Source: Azolla caroliniana
Lineage: Eukaryota > Plantae > Polypodiophyta
Assembly (NCBI GenBank): GCA_043228905.1
Contig: JBHGNT010000015.1
Coordinates: forward strand, 7,130,001 to 7,194,000
Direction of reading: 5' to 3'
DNA: 64,000 bases
Both the position numbers and the translations under genes were made by a program. The notes below the pieces were generated by a model. The model had not been told where the DNA came from. It made no database searches and saw only the letters and a list, made by a program, of their open reading frames with translations. This document shows, piece after piece, positions 40,141-52,802 of the stretch (positions within the stretch are counted from its first letter, which is position 1; the number at the start of each line of letters is the position of its first letter).

Positions 40141-40733
40141 TGTGAAAGTGTTTTTAGAATTCAAGGTATTGAAGTCTACAAAAATATAAGGTATGGAGCA
40201 TTCACACCCGAAGGCCAAGAACACGAGCTAAGGTTTCAAGTATAAGTCAAACTAAAAGCAAGAAAGATGGAGAAAAGTAAAAGAAGGAAAAAGCAGACCA
40301 CCAAAAAGCAGTCAGAAACAAACGCTCATAACTCTCTCGTTTGATACCCAAATATCACGTGTAAATATCTAAATTTGGAGCATGGATGAGGGAGATATGA
40401 CGATTAGAAGATCGTTGTGTCATAGCTAAGAATAGGAGATGGAAAAGCTCTAAAAAAAGCGTGGAAAAGAAAGCAAGCGAAACTTATCTACTAGAGGAGA
40501 ACTTCATATAAAGCAAGAAGAGTGAGGTGGTGAGGAGAGTTTTTTTCTTGTGGTGTTTTTCTTGCCTATTCATGTAGTGCGTTTTTCTAGTGATCAATTC
40601 ATCCTTGTAGGCTTGAGTTTATGGATCTTCTTTCTCTTGTTTCTATGATCATCACTCCTTATTAATATATCTTTGTAGATTTGGGTTTCTATATCTTCCT
40701 TCTCTCTCTTTTCTATCATCATCTCTCTTTTCA
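40141..40733 (+). mobile_element. Solo LTR of family F inserted in the gag of G
   Basis: TGTGAAAG...CTTTTCA; TSD CTTCT; start is similar to the LTR at 45963. Confidence 0.85.
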
Positions 40734-42017
40734 CTTCTCTCATTAAGGCTTCTATGTTGAGTATCGAATCTTCCCTCTTCGAGTTTTCTTCCTTCGGTGG
40801 TGGTGTATTGCATCCCGTTCTCCTTTGAACATCCCTCATGGGTCGTGTTGTTGTCGACGAGAATCTCGTCTTCCTCTCATCGTGTTGTCGGCATACCCTT
40901 TCCACTTTGGCCCAATCCTCGATGAGGCCATTTGCACCATCGTCATCCTTGAGTTGGATTCCAATGGCCTTCCTTTCATTCCAATCGATTGACTTTACAA
41001 ATAGTAGAACTTTATTCACCCCTACCAATCTTCGATCCCTCTTTGAGAGTTGAGCAAATCGACACTCAAACTCAACGAACGCATCCATGGCACTCCGGTG
41101 GGTCTTCATCGATGACACCCATTGGTTGAACTTGTACAAACTTTGTCCCTTCGGTCTCTCGTAGCCATATGCCTCCAATAGAGCCTCCTTGAAAGTCACC
41201 CACGAATCATGAGCTTCTTGAAGCTCTTTTACCTCTTTGTAGTTCGGTTCAGCCACCACCCGACAAAAGTACTCCAGGCTCATAGCTTCTTTTACACCTC
41301 TCAAATCCATCTTGGCATTGTGGGTGTCTAGAAAATTTTGGACTATGCCCCCGTCGAAATAGCTGACTCACTCGACCACGCTTTCGACAGCTTGTTGGGT
41401 CGCATCTCATCTTTTACATTCTCTCGAAAATTCCATCATCATCTTCGACATTGCCTTCATGAGATATTCCTCGTCCATCTTCATCCTCCCCCGCCGCTCT
41501 TCACGTCGGGTTCACCAAAAGATGTCGTGAAGATGCGCGTGCGTGCGTGCTTCGCTTGAGTGGGATCACCGGGGAGGACGTTCGCAAAATTGTCGAAAAG
41601 CTGATGATGTGTATGTAGGAGTCAAGGAAACTAATGTCACACTTGAGAAGATCGAAGATTTTTATACTTGATAAGAAGATAGATGTCAAGAAGAAGAATA
41701 AGAAGAGTATTATATTATTATTGATGATGATGATCTCCAAATTGACCCCCCCTTATACAAGCCCAACTAGAGGCTTTTATAGGTCTCTCCAGGCTTATGA
41801 CATGCACAAAACCATGGGCTAAAACCATGGTTTTGTGCACACAATTTTCCTTATAACATGCATAAAACCATGGGCTTAAAACCATGGTTTTGTGCACACG
41901 GTTTTGTACGTTTGTTTCCTATGGAATATTGAATATGGGACGGAAATATAGAAAATTTAAAGCACTTAGTAGTAGCTTTAGTGGTAAGCTAATTGCCTCC
42001 TATCTTGGAGGTGCTAG

Positions 42018-42493
42018 TAACAATCGGTAACGGTTCGGTTTGAGAGGGTCCAAACCAAACCGTTTAATTTTTTTGAAACCTGAACCAAACCGATAAACAT
42101 TTTTCAAACCGTTAAAGCATTAAACCGTAAAAACCGCGGTTTCGTGGTTCGGTTTCGGTTTTCAACATAGGTCAAAATTTTAATTTTTTTAAATTTATAA
42201 TATTTCATTATTTAGAATTTTTAAAAATGTTAAGATGTTCCTAAAATGTGAGAATAAGGTGTAAAAATTAAAAGATTGTTAAAAAACAATTTTAAAATTT
42301 TTTTTAGAATTGTTTTTTATTTTTTTTAATTTTTTAAAAAAAATTAAAAAATAGAAACTGTTAAACCGTTTAAACCACGGGTTTTTACTATTGAAACCAA
42401 ACCGAAACCGAACCGAATTGTTGAAACCGTTAAGCCGTTAAACCGCGGTTTTGCGATTTGGTTTCGTTCAAACCGAACCGTTGCCGATTGTTA
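42018..42493. mobile_element. hAT-type MITE (476 bp)
   Basis: 26-bp TIR TAACAATCGGYAACGGTTCGGTTTGA; 8-bp TSD GGTGCTAG/GGTGCAAG; AAACCG subterminal repeats; AT-rich core. Confidence 0.9.
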
Positions 42494-44123
42494 GGTGCAA
42501 GCTTCAAATCTTACTAGCACCCCTCTGTACGCACTCAATGCCATTAGGCCCTAGGATTATTTATTATTGATATATTTTCATTTTTACAAGTATTTGTGTA
42601 ATGTGCGTGGAACCACACTTTTTCACTTTTTCTCCCACTAGACATGCAACATCACGACAACGGTAATACCGAGGATTCTTGCCCATTAATTCTGGAGTCT
42701 TCGGCGGTTGTGCCAGAGTGTCAATGTGAGACCGAAGAGACGGAAGGTGGTGGTGGGAAAGTGGAAGACCAAGCCAATGTGAGCTATGACTACAAGGCGT
42801 TTGTGATTGATCAAAGACATAGGAATTCCTCCACACCTATTCTAGAGACTTCGGTAGTTGTGCTCGAGAGCCAACATGAGACCGGAGAGATGGAAGGTGA
42901 TGGTGAGCCAGAGTTCGATGAAGAGGTAGAGAGTGACAAAAAAGGAAGAACTTGAAGTTTATTCGGATGGAAGACGATCCGGCTCGTATTTCGATCCGAA
43001 CAGAAGCCAACCCAAATGAAAACTAATTGGTCGAGCCCGACCCGAACAAAAGTCATTCTAGCTGAAAGAGGATCGGATGAGACCGATCCGGACAGAAGTT
43101 GAGCCGTCGGAGGTCGAAATGGTCGAGCCCGTGACACCCAATCTCCAAGAAGTCGAGGTTGGTGAACACGAGGAAGAGGCCAAGCAAGCACACTACCATG
43201 GATGACAAGGCTAAGTGGAATTGAAGGGTGTTACCGAGGATGAGATCTCGAAAAAGAAGGAGGGCTCTAACATGAAGATTGTCAACTCTAAGACAAGATT
43301 GTACGATGAAGGTGGAAGAAGTGGGAAGCATGAAATATGGTCGCATAAGGAATCATAATCTAAAGGTGAACATCCACTTGAAGGGACTACATGGGACAGT
43401 CAATGTCATCATTCGGACAAGGGCTTGGGGAGGAAGGCACAAAACAAGAATAAATGATGGGTCGAAGTGCCTTGACCAAGGAGATAGTCAGGACGAAGGT
43501 GGCACATGCACGAGACATGAAGGTTATGCTCATGAGGAGCACAAGGAGCCATAACAACCAATCATGGCAATGCAAAGAATGAACAAAGAATATGGTAGAT
43601 TGGATGGCGACAATGGTTCGGGTGGAAGGAATGGACGTGCTCAAAGTGGAGAGACAAAGTCGACATAGCGGGAGAAACGGAGGGTACTACAGATGAAGGA
43701 GAATAACGAGCACTGACAATTTTGGCACATACCAGAGGATGTACAAGTTTGGAGGGGGCGAGTGTCATAGTGTAGTTCGTACACTACATGAAAAATGTAT
43801 AAAATAACCGATTCAATAAATATGAAGAAATAGAGAAGAAAATATTAAAATATATGTTACATGCATAGGGCAAGCTTCAAACCCATACCTCCATGTAAAC
43901 AAACCCAAACCTTACCATTGTACTAACTCATCATGAATATATTATATTTAATATGTATAATACTTATCTTCATGCATATTTTCTAGGAAAAAGCTTTGGT
44001 TAGAAGAAAACACATGATTGAAAAAGCTACACATGCACATCTAGCGTGCATGAACACTATAGTTGATAAAAAACGCATGATAGTAAAAGCTACTCATGCA
44101 TCTAGTGTGCATGATCACTTTTA

Positions 44124-45700
44124 AGTTGCATGAAGAAGTTTGTGGTGGGCATTTAGCCCATGATATAATGATAAGAAAGATTTTATTAATTGGTTTTACA
44201 TGGCCTACTATACATAGGGATGTGCATGATTGGTGTAGATCTTGTGATGCATGTCAAAAAGCAAGAATAAGGCATCTACAAAGTGGTCCTCTATAACCCA
44301 TTGTGGTGTTTGCTCCATTCGAGAAATGAGGAATTGATGTAGTAGGACTTCTTCCCAAAACTCAACATGGTAAAGAGTTTATTTTGGTGGCCATTGACTA
44401 CATGACAAAGTGGGTTGAAGCTACAACAACTTCCTCGATTAAAGCCAAAGATGTAACCCAATTTGTGTATAAGAATATTTGTGCTAGATTTGGAGTTCCC
44501 ATGGAGATTGTATCCGATCATGGACAAGGTTTTAGGAGTGAAATGTTAGCGTGTCTATTAAGCAAGTTGAAGATTAAGCACCGATATTCAACGCCTTATT
44601 ACCCTCAAGCAAATGGTGCAGTTGAGAAAGTGAATGGGCTTATAGTGAAGAATTTGACAAAGTTAGTGCAAGACAAAATAAGAACTTGGGATTGTCACGA
44701 ACAAGTATAATAGAGTAGAACGAAGATAAGACTGGAGAACAAGAGAGGAAAAGAACAAGAACTCAACTTATAGAATCTGTAACTTGTGTTGTTCACCTTG
44801 ATTAGAATCAAGGTGCACATGAGTATTTATACAAGAGGGTAGGGCTATGTAAGCCAGCTAGAAATAGAGTGCATGAGGATGCATGCAATAGAGTGCGCAT
44901 GACGATGCATGCAATAGAGAATGCATGACGATGCATGCAAGCTAGAGAATGAGAATGCATGTAAGCTAGGAACTTCCAATGTTCAATCTACACTATATGA
45001 AGTTGAATTAAATACAAGGATGCATATGTAGCTCAAGTGGTAGGGTTTGCCCAATAGAGACCATGAGGACTTGGGTTCAATCCCTACTTTCCTCCGTGGC
45101 ATATGTCTATGACAGGGATAGGTATTTGGATGATACTCTTTGGGCTTATCGAGTTTTTTATAAATCCTCCATAGGTTTTACTCCTTTTTATTTGGTTTAT
45201 GGGAAAGAAGCATTACTTCCTATCGAACTTGAGATCAAAAGTAACAGACTAATGGAGGATTGCATCGCTTAAAAGGAAATGGTGTGATGAGTCATTTAAC
45301 AAGCAACCACCTACTACAGTATTCAAGCGAAGAAGCCGTGGAACATTACTTAAATCAAGCAATGAAGAGAAAGGAGGCATATGAAAAAAAACACAAGGGC
45401 AACCACATTGAAGAAGGATCATTGGTTCTTAGGTATGATAATGGATATGATTATATTCAAGGACAAAAGCTTGATAATAAATGGGAAGGACCCTTTGTGG
45501 TTCACAAAAAGTATGCCAACGAAAGTTACCAATTGAATGATGTGGATGGAGCACTTCATTCTTATCGAGTCAACGGATGGCGCCTTAAAGAGTATGTAAC
45601 TCGGGGACCTACTTATATTCCCCAAGTTACTAATGATATTGTTGATACCGATGGATGGGGGCAAGAAGTGGACTTGTTTCCCCATACATTATTTTCTTAG
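44124..45700 (+). pseudogene. Ty3/gypsy (non-chromovirus) integrase remnant, family F
   Basis: HEEVCGGH...CRSCDAC, AIDYMTKWVEA, IVSDHG, YYPQANGAVE and KWEGPF motifs; followed by PPT aagggggagggc. Confidence 0.9.
44693..45114 (-). mobile_element. Solo LTR I (422 bp)
   Basis: TGTCA...TGACA; TSD GGGAT; removing it restores RTWDRYLDDTLWAYR in the integrase; TATAAATA on the minus strand. Confidence 0.9.
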
Positions 45701-46599
45701 TAGTCCATATTGTAGACATGTCTTTCTCTCTATTAACAAAGAGGAAGATGGTAATAGTGATTATCAATTTTATTTGTAGAGAATGTGAGGTTTTTCCTAC
45801 CAATTAGCGGGGGTTTTACTCACATATTTTTATTTTCTTTTTGATTATATCTCTCTCATTGTCTGTAGCCAAGAGATTGGTGAGAGAGCTTTTGTTTGTT
45901 AAGTACTACCATTAAGTGCTTCGCCATAAATCGCTTAGCCTCTAGCAAGGGGGAGGGCTAAATGTGAAAGTGTTTTTAGAATTCAAGTCATTGAACACTA
46001 GAAGAATATAAATTGTGGATAATTCATATTTGGAGGCTAAGAACACGAACCAAGACCTTAAGAAGAAGTCAAAAGTAAATGTAAGATACATAGAGAAAAG
46101 TAAAAAGAGAAAAAGCGGGCCATAAAAACAGTAAAAAAGGAATGGTCATAACTCTTTCGTTTGTAACCCAAATATGGGTTAGAAAGCTTGTAAAGAGAGC
46201 TATCCAGTGTTGGGCAAAGTCTGTAGCCCATACCGGAAATTTTCCCGCTTCTCATAAACCTAACCGAAATTTTAAAATTTCAACCGGCCATGTTCCTACC
46301 AATGACAATGTCAACTGGAACATGTTAAAAAAATAAATTTGGCCACATACCAAATTAAAAAAAAAATCTAGCGCAATAACAAATCAAATCAATCACAAAA
46401 TTTTGGATCCCAAAAACTAAAGATATATATTTACCAAAAAAAAATTCTAACTTTTTAAACAAATTTCACTTTTCAAAACTTTGTAAAGTAGCATTAACAA
46501 CATATTAAATCAAATTAGATCTAGTATATAGAAAGTTCCAAAACAAAATCGATCAAATTTATGAAGTTTCAATCTATATCTTCTATGAAGTCCTTGATG

Positions 46600-49500
46600 T
46601 CATCATCATGCTCATGAGAAGTTCCAGTAAAAATATGACGATATGCCTTGCTTTCTCGCCACAACAAAATGCTGGCACTAAAGTCATGTTCTTCTAGTTT
46701 AGGTCCTTCAATAGAGATTCATATCAATGCATCAACCACATTGCTTTTTAACGTATTTCTTATTAGATTCAGGCGACTAAAGCCTCTCTCACATGCTGCC
46801 GTAGAAGAACATTGAATTAATCCTATCAATGAAAGCTTTAGAAGTTCGGGTAGCTTTTCTTTCCACACATCATTACAATTTATCATACCCCAAACATCTA
46901 AGAAATCTCTTCCAAGACATTCCGTAGTGGCTTGCATTTTGAAAATTGCATATTCATCATACAGTTTATCATTATCAATTATGGGAGAAAACGCTTTCCC
47001 ATCTATCATTTTTTGAATGCCATAAAAATTTCCAAGTGTTTTCAACTCATTAAGACCCATAGTTTTTCGTGCTAAAATGCTTGTAGATCCGGTAGACATG
47101 TTCATTGGTGATAACATTTTCAACGTGGAAAGAGTCACCGGATCTTGAAGCCTTTTTTTTATTGTCTCTATTAATGCCTTAGAAAAAAAAGTTTGGAATC
47201 GTATGGCTTCAATTAAATCCTCACCATCAATACATCTATCCATGAGGATGCTTTTATACATATTACCTTTTATAGCATCTCGTAAAACTGAAAGCATTCC
47301 GTTTTCTCTACCATATTCTGGAATAATTGGATAATTATAGCTATCCTTCTCAAAACCATTGAGATCCATCATAACATGATGTAGAAATTGTTCTTCTATC
47401 TCCCCAATGGCTATCATAGCCAAACCTCCAATGCATCTCACATCCCCATATTCCTTTTGGAATTCCATACTTAATGTAGACATGACTTAAGTACATCTGC
47501 AAGGAAGTGAAGCATATACACTACTTTAAAGTTTCTTAAACTTAAGAATACATGTATGCATCACTTTGCGATTGCAAAGCTTCATCAAGGGTTCATACAC
47601 ATCGCATACCCTCATGATAGCACCCTACCGACTAAGCCATCGTGTCTTTACAATCCCAAGAATATGCAAATGTGTGTATTCAAATGCATCTTGCATCTTA
47701 GTTAATTCACCTTGGTGCATTGAGCTCCTCGAGAAATGTGCAACCACCCGATTCACAAGGGCATCTAACAACTTGCATGTTTCTTTGACTTCAATGTTCT
47801 TTGAAGCCTCTTGCACACACAAGTTTGTTCGATGTGCACAACAATGCAAGGAAGTCATAAATGGATTATATGACTTCAATCTTGTAGCAATTCACCTTGG
47901 TGCATTGAGCTCCTCAAGAAATGTGCAACCACCCGATTCACAAGGGCATCTAACAGCTTGCATGTTTCTTTGACTTCAATGTTCTTTGAAGCCTCTTGCA
48001 CACACAAGTTTGTTCGATGTGCACAACAATGCAAGGAAGTCATAAATGGATTATATGACTTCAATCTTGTAGCAACACCTGTAGACATACCTACCATAAC
48101 GGATGCTCCATCACTTCCAAATCCCATCATTTTTCTAACATCTAGGTTCTGTTGGCAATCGACGCTCCGATTCACCTTCACCTCTCGGCCACAACCAAGG
48201 AAACACACGAATCGTTGTTGCAGAAAATAGGAAATGCGAAAGATAGAGTGGACACGCGATTTATCGTGGAAAACCCTGTACGGGAAAAACCACGGAAGTA
48301 CAAGACTCCAAACCAAAACTATGCACAGAGAAGTATACAATAGCGAGCTGCAAGGCGACGACCTTGAGCTCGCTGTCCTCGCCACAGGCGGCGGAAATAC
48401 ACAGAGGCGTCGACCTCTTCCTCACTCACGCTCTATCTCTCTCTCTCTCTCTCTCACGGCTGCTCTCTCTTCACTCCTCTTGAGTGGAAAACAAAAATGA
48501 GCAGCAACAGTAAACTGTTTGCCCTAAGTCATATTTATACACATATGACTTTCGGGCTATTTACAAATATAGCCTCAAGGGCTCTTGGCAAACATATTCA
48601 CAAATATGTCCCCGCATCCGGATCTCTCTCCGGGTACATTCGTCATCCGGCTCCGTAGCCGGGGTCTTCATCATCCGTCTCCGTAACCGGGCACTCTTCA
48701 TCCTCCGATTCCGTAACCGCAACCGGGCTTGCCGTCATTCATCTCCGGACATCCCATCCGGAGGGACCGAAATCTCAACAGGTTCCACTTTTTTAACAAT
48801 GCTAAAATGTTTTCTGTTATTGTGTTCGATGTACCATCCTCTACTTCAAGTACCCCCAAATAAGAGGTTCTTACTTGCCTTCCTTCCACAAATGTAGCAT
48901 AAAGGATCAATTTCTTGGTTACGCTTACATCGGTAGCTTCATCTACCATAAGCCCAAACCAAGGACTTGTCCTCACCCTATCATATATCTCGGCTTCAAG
49001 AGCCTTGCTAATGTGCAAGATAAAGCTTGCACAAGCCTTATTATCATTATACATTCGTGGAAGGCCTTCCACACCACATTCTCTTAACAATCGTAAGAGG
49101 CTTTCCAGTTTTCTAAATGCCAAATCCTCTTTAGCTATAAAATATGCACATTTAAACAATTTTTCAATTGCTACATCCACACTAACTTTTTTCTTTGATG
49201 CACATTTTTCAAGACCATTCTTGTCTCGTTCTTGGAATAAAATGGCACCTCGATGGGCCACACTTCTTGCATGTTCTTCTAATGTAGAAATCTTAATTTT
49301 CTGGCACCCGTTTTGCCAAATGAAGACTTACAATGAGGATCACTACTACAATAACTACACCATAAAAGACCAGTTTCTAAATCCTCTTGAAGCCACTTAA
49401 ATTTAGTAGGTCAATCTTCTTGAAATTTTAGTTTGGCCTTACTAATTCTATTCATCTCATGAAATAACTCGTGAGAGGGTTGATAGTCCTCTATAGGCTC

Positions 49501-49610
49501 TTCTAGAGACACATCTTCATTGGAAGATGACAAGTTTTTCCTAAAACCAGGCATTGTAAAGAGACTGATTTGCTTTCCTTTGCCTTTCGTATTTTTGTTG
49601 TGGGACATAC
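46600..49610 (-). pseudogene. hAT transposase, disrupted
   Basis: GLMVDEATD, GSDGASVM, HCCAHR, TRWLS and STAACERGFS motifs; broken by a solo LTR and a tandem duplication. Confidence 0.9.
48150..48780 (-). mobile_element. Solo LTR K (631 bp)
   Basis: TGTTG...CAACA; TSD GGTTC; TATAAATA on the minus strand; GC-rich short repeats in the putative U3. Confidence 0.88.
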
Positions 49611-51049
49611 TGTAACAATAATGTAGAGTACATTGAACTAGCATAATCTATGGATTCCATTTAAAAGAAGGGGAAACATACATACACAATCCATGTTTTC
49701 TAAAAAGAATAAGCAAATTAAAATACTTGGGATATATGGAAGATAACGAGGCAATCAAGGATCAAGTTTCCACTATAGATCTTCGAATCTATCAAAAAAT
49801 AAATATAAAAGAGGATGACTCACATTAGCTTACGCACACATGCAAATCCATGTATGTAAATGTGAAAGAATTTGAGGGAACAAATATATCACAAACAATA
49901 TTGAAGGAAAAGATCAAGAGAAAAAAAGTAGTGTATTATTAAAACAAGAGGACAATAAAAATGTAAGGTAATAATAATCGTCGAGTTTTCATGAACCCAT
50001 AAATATTTGAGTTTGAACTCATACGATGTAATAGAATATAAAATTGATTGAATATAATATGTTTACCAAGAAACAAATGATAAAAAACAACATTTTTTGG
50101 AGTTAAGCGATGTGTGCAAGTTAGGAAAGGAATCTTGGGGTAAATTTACAAGCATAAAACATTTTCACCATTTAAATGATCCATGAAAGATAAATAAGAG
50201 TGTTAAATGACTAGACTTTCAACGATCCTTTTCAAAGTTGGAGCATTCTCTACTGGGTACCAAAATCAGCCCTCAACTTCATTTTACAAAAGTGAAGTAT
50301 ATATTAAAACAAGATGACAATACAAATGCAAGGTAATAATGAAATATACACGTCTCCTTGTGATTTATTCTTGTCTATTCTCATAATCTTTTTGTGCTTT
50401 TTTTGTGCTAAGATAATTTGTTGTGCATAATTCCCTCCCAATTTTCAACCTATCCTCCACTACATGTGTTTGAAATACATGTTGATTCTCATCACAAATT
50501 TGTTGATTAGTCTAGTTATATTGTAATAAGTAAATAGTATTTCAGATTCGCCTAATTTATTTATCATAGTAGCCCCTTGATGATGATGATGAAGAAGCGT
50601 AAATCTCTTTCCACACCTAGTTCCCTTACATCTTCACGACTTCATGTTCACTGACTAAAAATAAGCGTGAAGATTCAACTCTCTTCTCCAATGCACATAC
50701 TTTGCGATGTTCCCACATCTTTGCCTTACAATGTTCAAGAGATGTTTAAGAAGTGATCAAATCACTTGATAATTGAAAATGTCATACATGAATGTTTGAT
50801 TGAAAGCCTACATTGTGATGTATTGCAAAATGAATCTCTTCATTATTGTTACATTTTATGAGTGGTCTTAAGGTCTTATTGTCATCAAACTACGTACATG
50901 AAGCCTACACTTATTAATATGAATATTCAAGAATAAAAACATACAACCTAGAAGGAAAATAAACAAGGTAATGCAAGTTCACATAATTATATGAGAAAAT
51001 GGATTGAGGGTACAAGACCCTAATACTTAAAAATGTGCACTCACCCCGC

Positions 51050-51730
51050 AATAGAGAGCAGCGAGTGACGAGCAATGAACAGCTCCTAGTGAGCGGCAAG
51101 TAACGAGCGGCGATCAACGTGCGGCAAGTAACGTCGGGGAATCAACGAATGGTGAGTGGTGAGTAACGAATGATGAGCGGTGAGTGACAAGCGACAATCA
51201 TCAAGCGGCAAGTGGCAATCAGTGAGCGACGAGCGACGAGTGGCAATCATCGAGCAACAATTAGTGAGCGACGAGTGACAAGCGACAATTAGCAAGCAGC
51301 GAGTGGCAATCAGTGAGCGACGAGCGACGAGTGACAATCATCAAGCAGAAATTAGTGAGCGACGAGTGACAATCAGCGAGCGGTAATCAGTGAGCGACGA
51401 GCGACAAGCGACAATCAACGAGCGGCAATCAATGAGCGACAATAAGAGAGCGGGAATCAATGAGTGACGAGCGGCAATCAGCGAGCGGCCATTACTGAGT
51501 GATGAGCGGCAATCAACGAGGAAGGAGCAGCGATCAAAGAGTAATTACTAATAAGCAATGAGCAGTGGGCAATGTGCAGTGAACAATGAGTAGTGAGGAG
51601 TGTTTGCAAGTAACGAGCAACGAATAACAAGCAGTTGTTAGCAAACAACGAGGAAGTAGGAAGGAGGAACGACAACGAGCAACGAGCAACGAGGAGGGAG
51701 CAACGAGCAACAAGGAGGGACTCGGGAGTA
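51050..51730. repeat. Degenerate 7-mer-based array (GAGCGAC / GGCAATC) inside hAT 2
   Basis: Purine-rich recurring heptamers directly visible. Confidence 0.8.
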
Positions 51731-52802
51731 GCGAGTAGGAAATCAGACACAAAGAGGGAGAAAAACAAAAAGAGGGGGAAAATAAAACACTAAAAGGGGG
51801 TAAAAAGGGGGAAAGACAAAAAGAATACATAAGAATTTCTCTTTTTCACCTTTTTTGTACATAAACTACATAAATAGCCGGTTCAAAAATATGAACCGAC
51901 TAGATTCCAGTTGGTAGAAAAACTTGGCCGGAATCAATTCCAGTTGTCCCCCACCTTGGCCGAAAAAAAGTCCCAACCACCCCGATACACTAACACTGTT
52001 CTTGGGACTTTGCCCAACATTGGAGCTATCTATAGCTTTTTAAATCTCTAAATTTGGAGCTTGGATGATGGAGATATGACAATTAGAAGGTCGTTGGAAA
52101 TAGGAGATAAAAAGCTTTTAAAAATAGCGTGAATGAGGAAGAAGAAGAACATTATAAAAGAGGAAGTGATAGTCTTAGAAGAGGGGTCCTAGTAGAGGGG
52201 GAGTCGTCTTCAAAAAATGTGTCTTAGTGGAAGAGGAAGGGTCTTAGTAATGGGTTTGAGTGATTGGAAGCAATGTGGAGTTTATCTCCTTTGTATGGTC
52301 TTGATAATTGAATATTATAACATTTTTACCCCTTTCTCATCTTCTCTGTCAGGAATCAGTAGTAAGACGGAGACGGAATTAGTACTAAACGAAGGATTAG
52401 TACTACAGAGAAGGGATTAGTACTAAACGAAGGATTAGTACTATGAGGGGTGTAGAACTTCTTGAGAGAGAAGGAAGAAGTGAGCGAGACAGAGAGACAG
52501 AGAGAGAGAGAAATATATGTATTACGTGAAGAGAATGTACAACTGTGGCTAGAAGGCTTAAGACTGGCGTTGAACCAATTTGGTTCAACATAACGCCTAG
52601 TGCCCTCTTTTATAGTATTTCTAAGAGTAATCCTGAAGCTTCTAGAATGTTCCAGAGAAATCTGGAATATACATCAATTTCTAAAATAAAACATAAATGA
52701 AAATAATATCCTACAACTTATAATGTATAGTCTAATGGTAAGACCTCGACCCATGTAGCATAAGGTCATGGGTTCGAGTCTTGCCATGACACTATCCCCC
52801 CC

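Larger units (their letters stand above)
37629..42659 (-). mobile_element. Gag-only LTR element G (relative of family A) with an inverted left terminus
   Basis: TSD ACGG; 5' LTR 41523-42659; tRNA-Trp PBS 41500-41517; gag-like ORF pieces 40739-~41480 and 38727-40140; 3' LTR ~37951-38561; inverted LTR copy at 37629-37937. Confidence 0.85.
10811..44123 (+). mobile_element. Gag-only LTR element, copy A1 (tRNA-Trp PBS), split by nested insertions; 3' LTR truncated
   Basis: 5' LTR 10811-11496, PBS 11501-11518, gag-like pieces ~11517-12043, 36995-37628 and 42664-~43710, PPT ggagggggcgag, 3' LTR 43763-~44123. Collinear with the intact copy A2. Confidence 0.85.
46205..52022 (-). mobile_element. hAT DNA transposon 2 (ZNF862/Tip100-like transposase), 5.8 kb
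   Basis: 16-bp TIR CARTGTTGGGCAAAGT; 8-bp TSD GAGCTATC. Confidence 0.93.

Noticed and set aside
45022-45106. Calling the LTR modules true tRNA genes
   Set aside because: No canonical anticodon arm, imperfect T and acceptor stems, and all lie inside LTRs; reported as tRNA-like instead.
50914-51830. Leu/Cys/Arg-rich ORFs
   Set aside because: Translation products of a simple heptamer array inside hAT 2.
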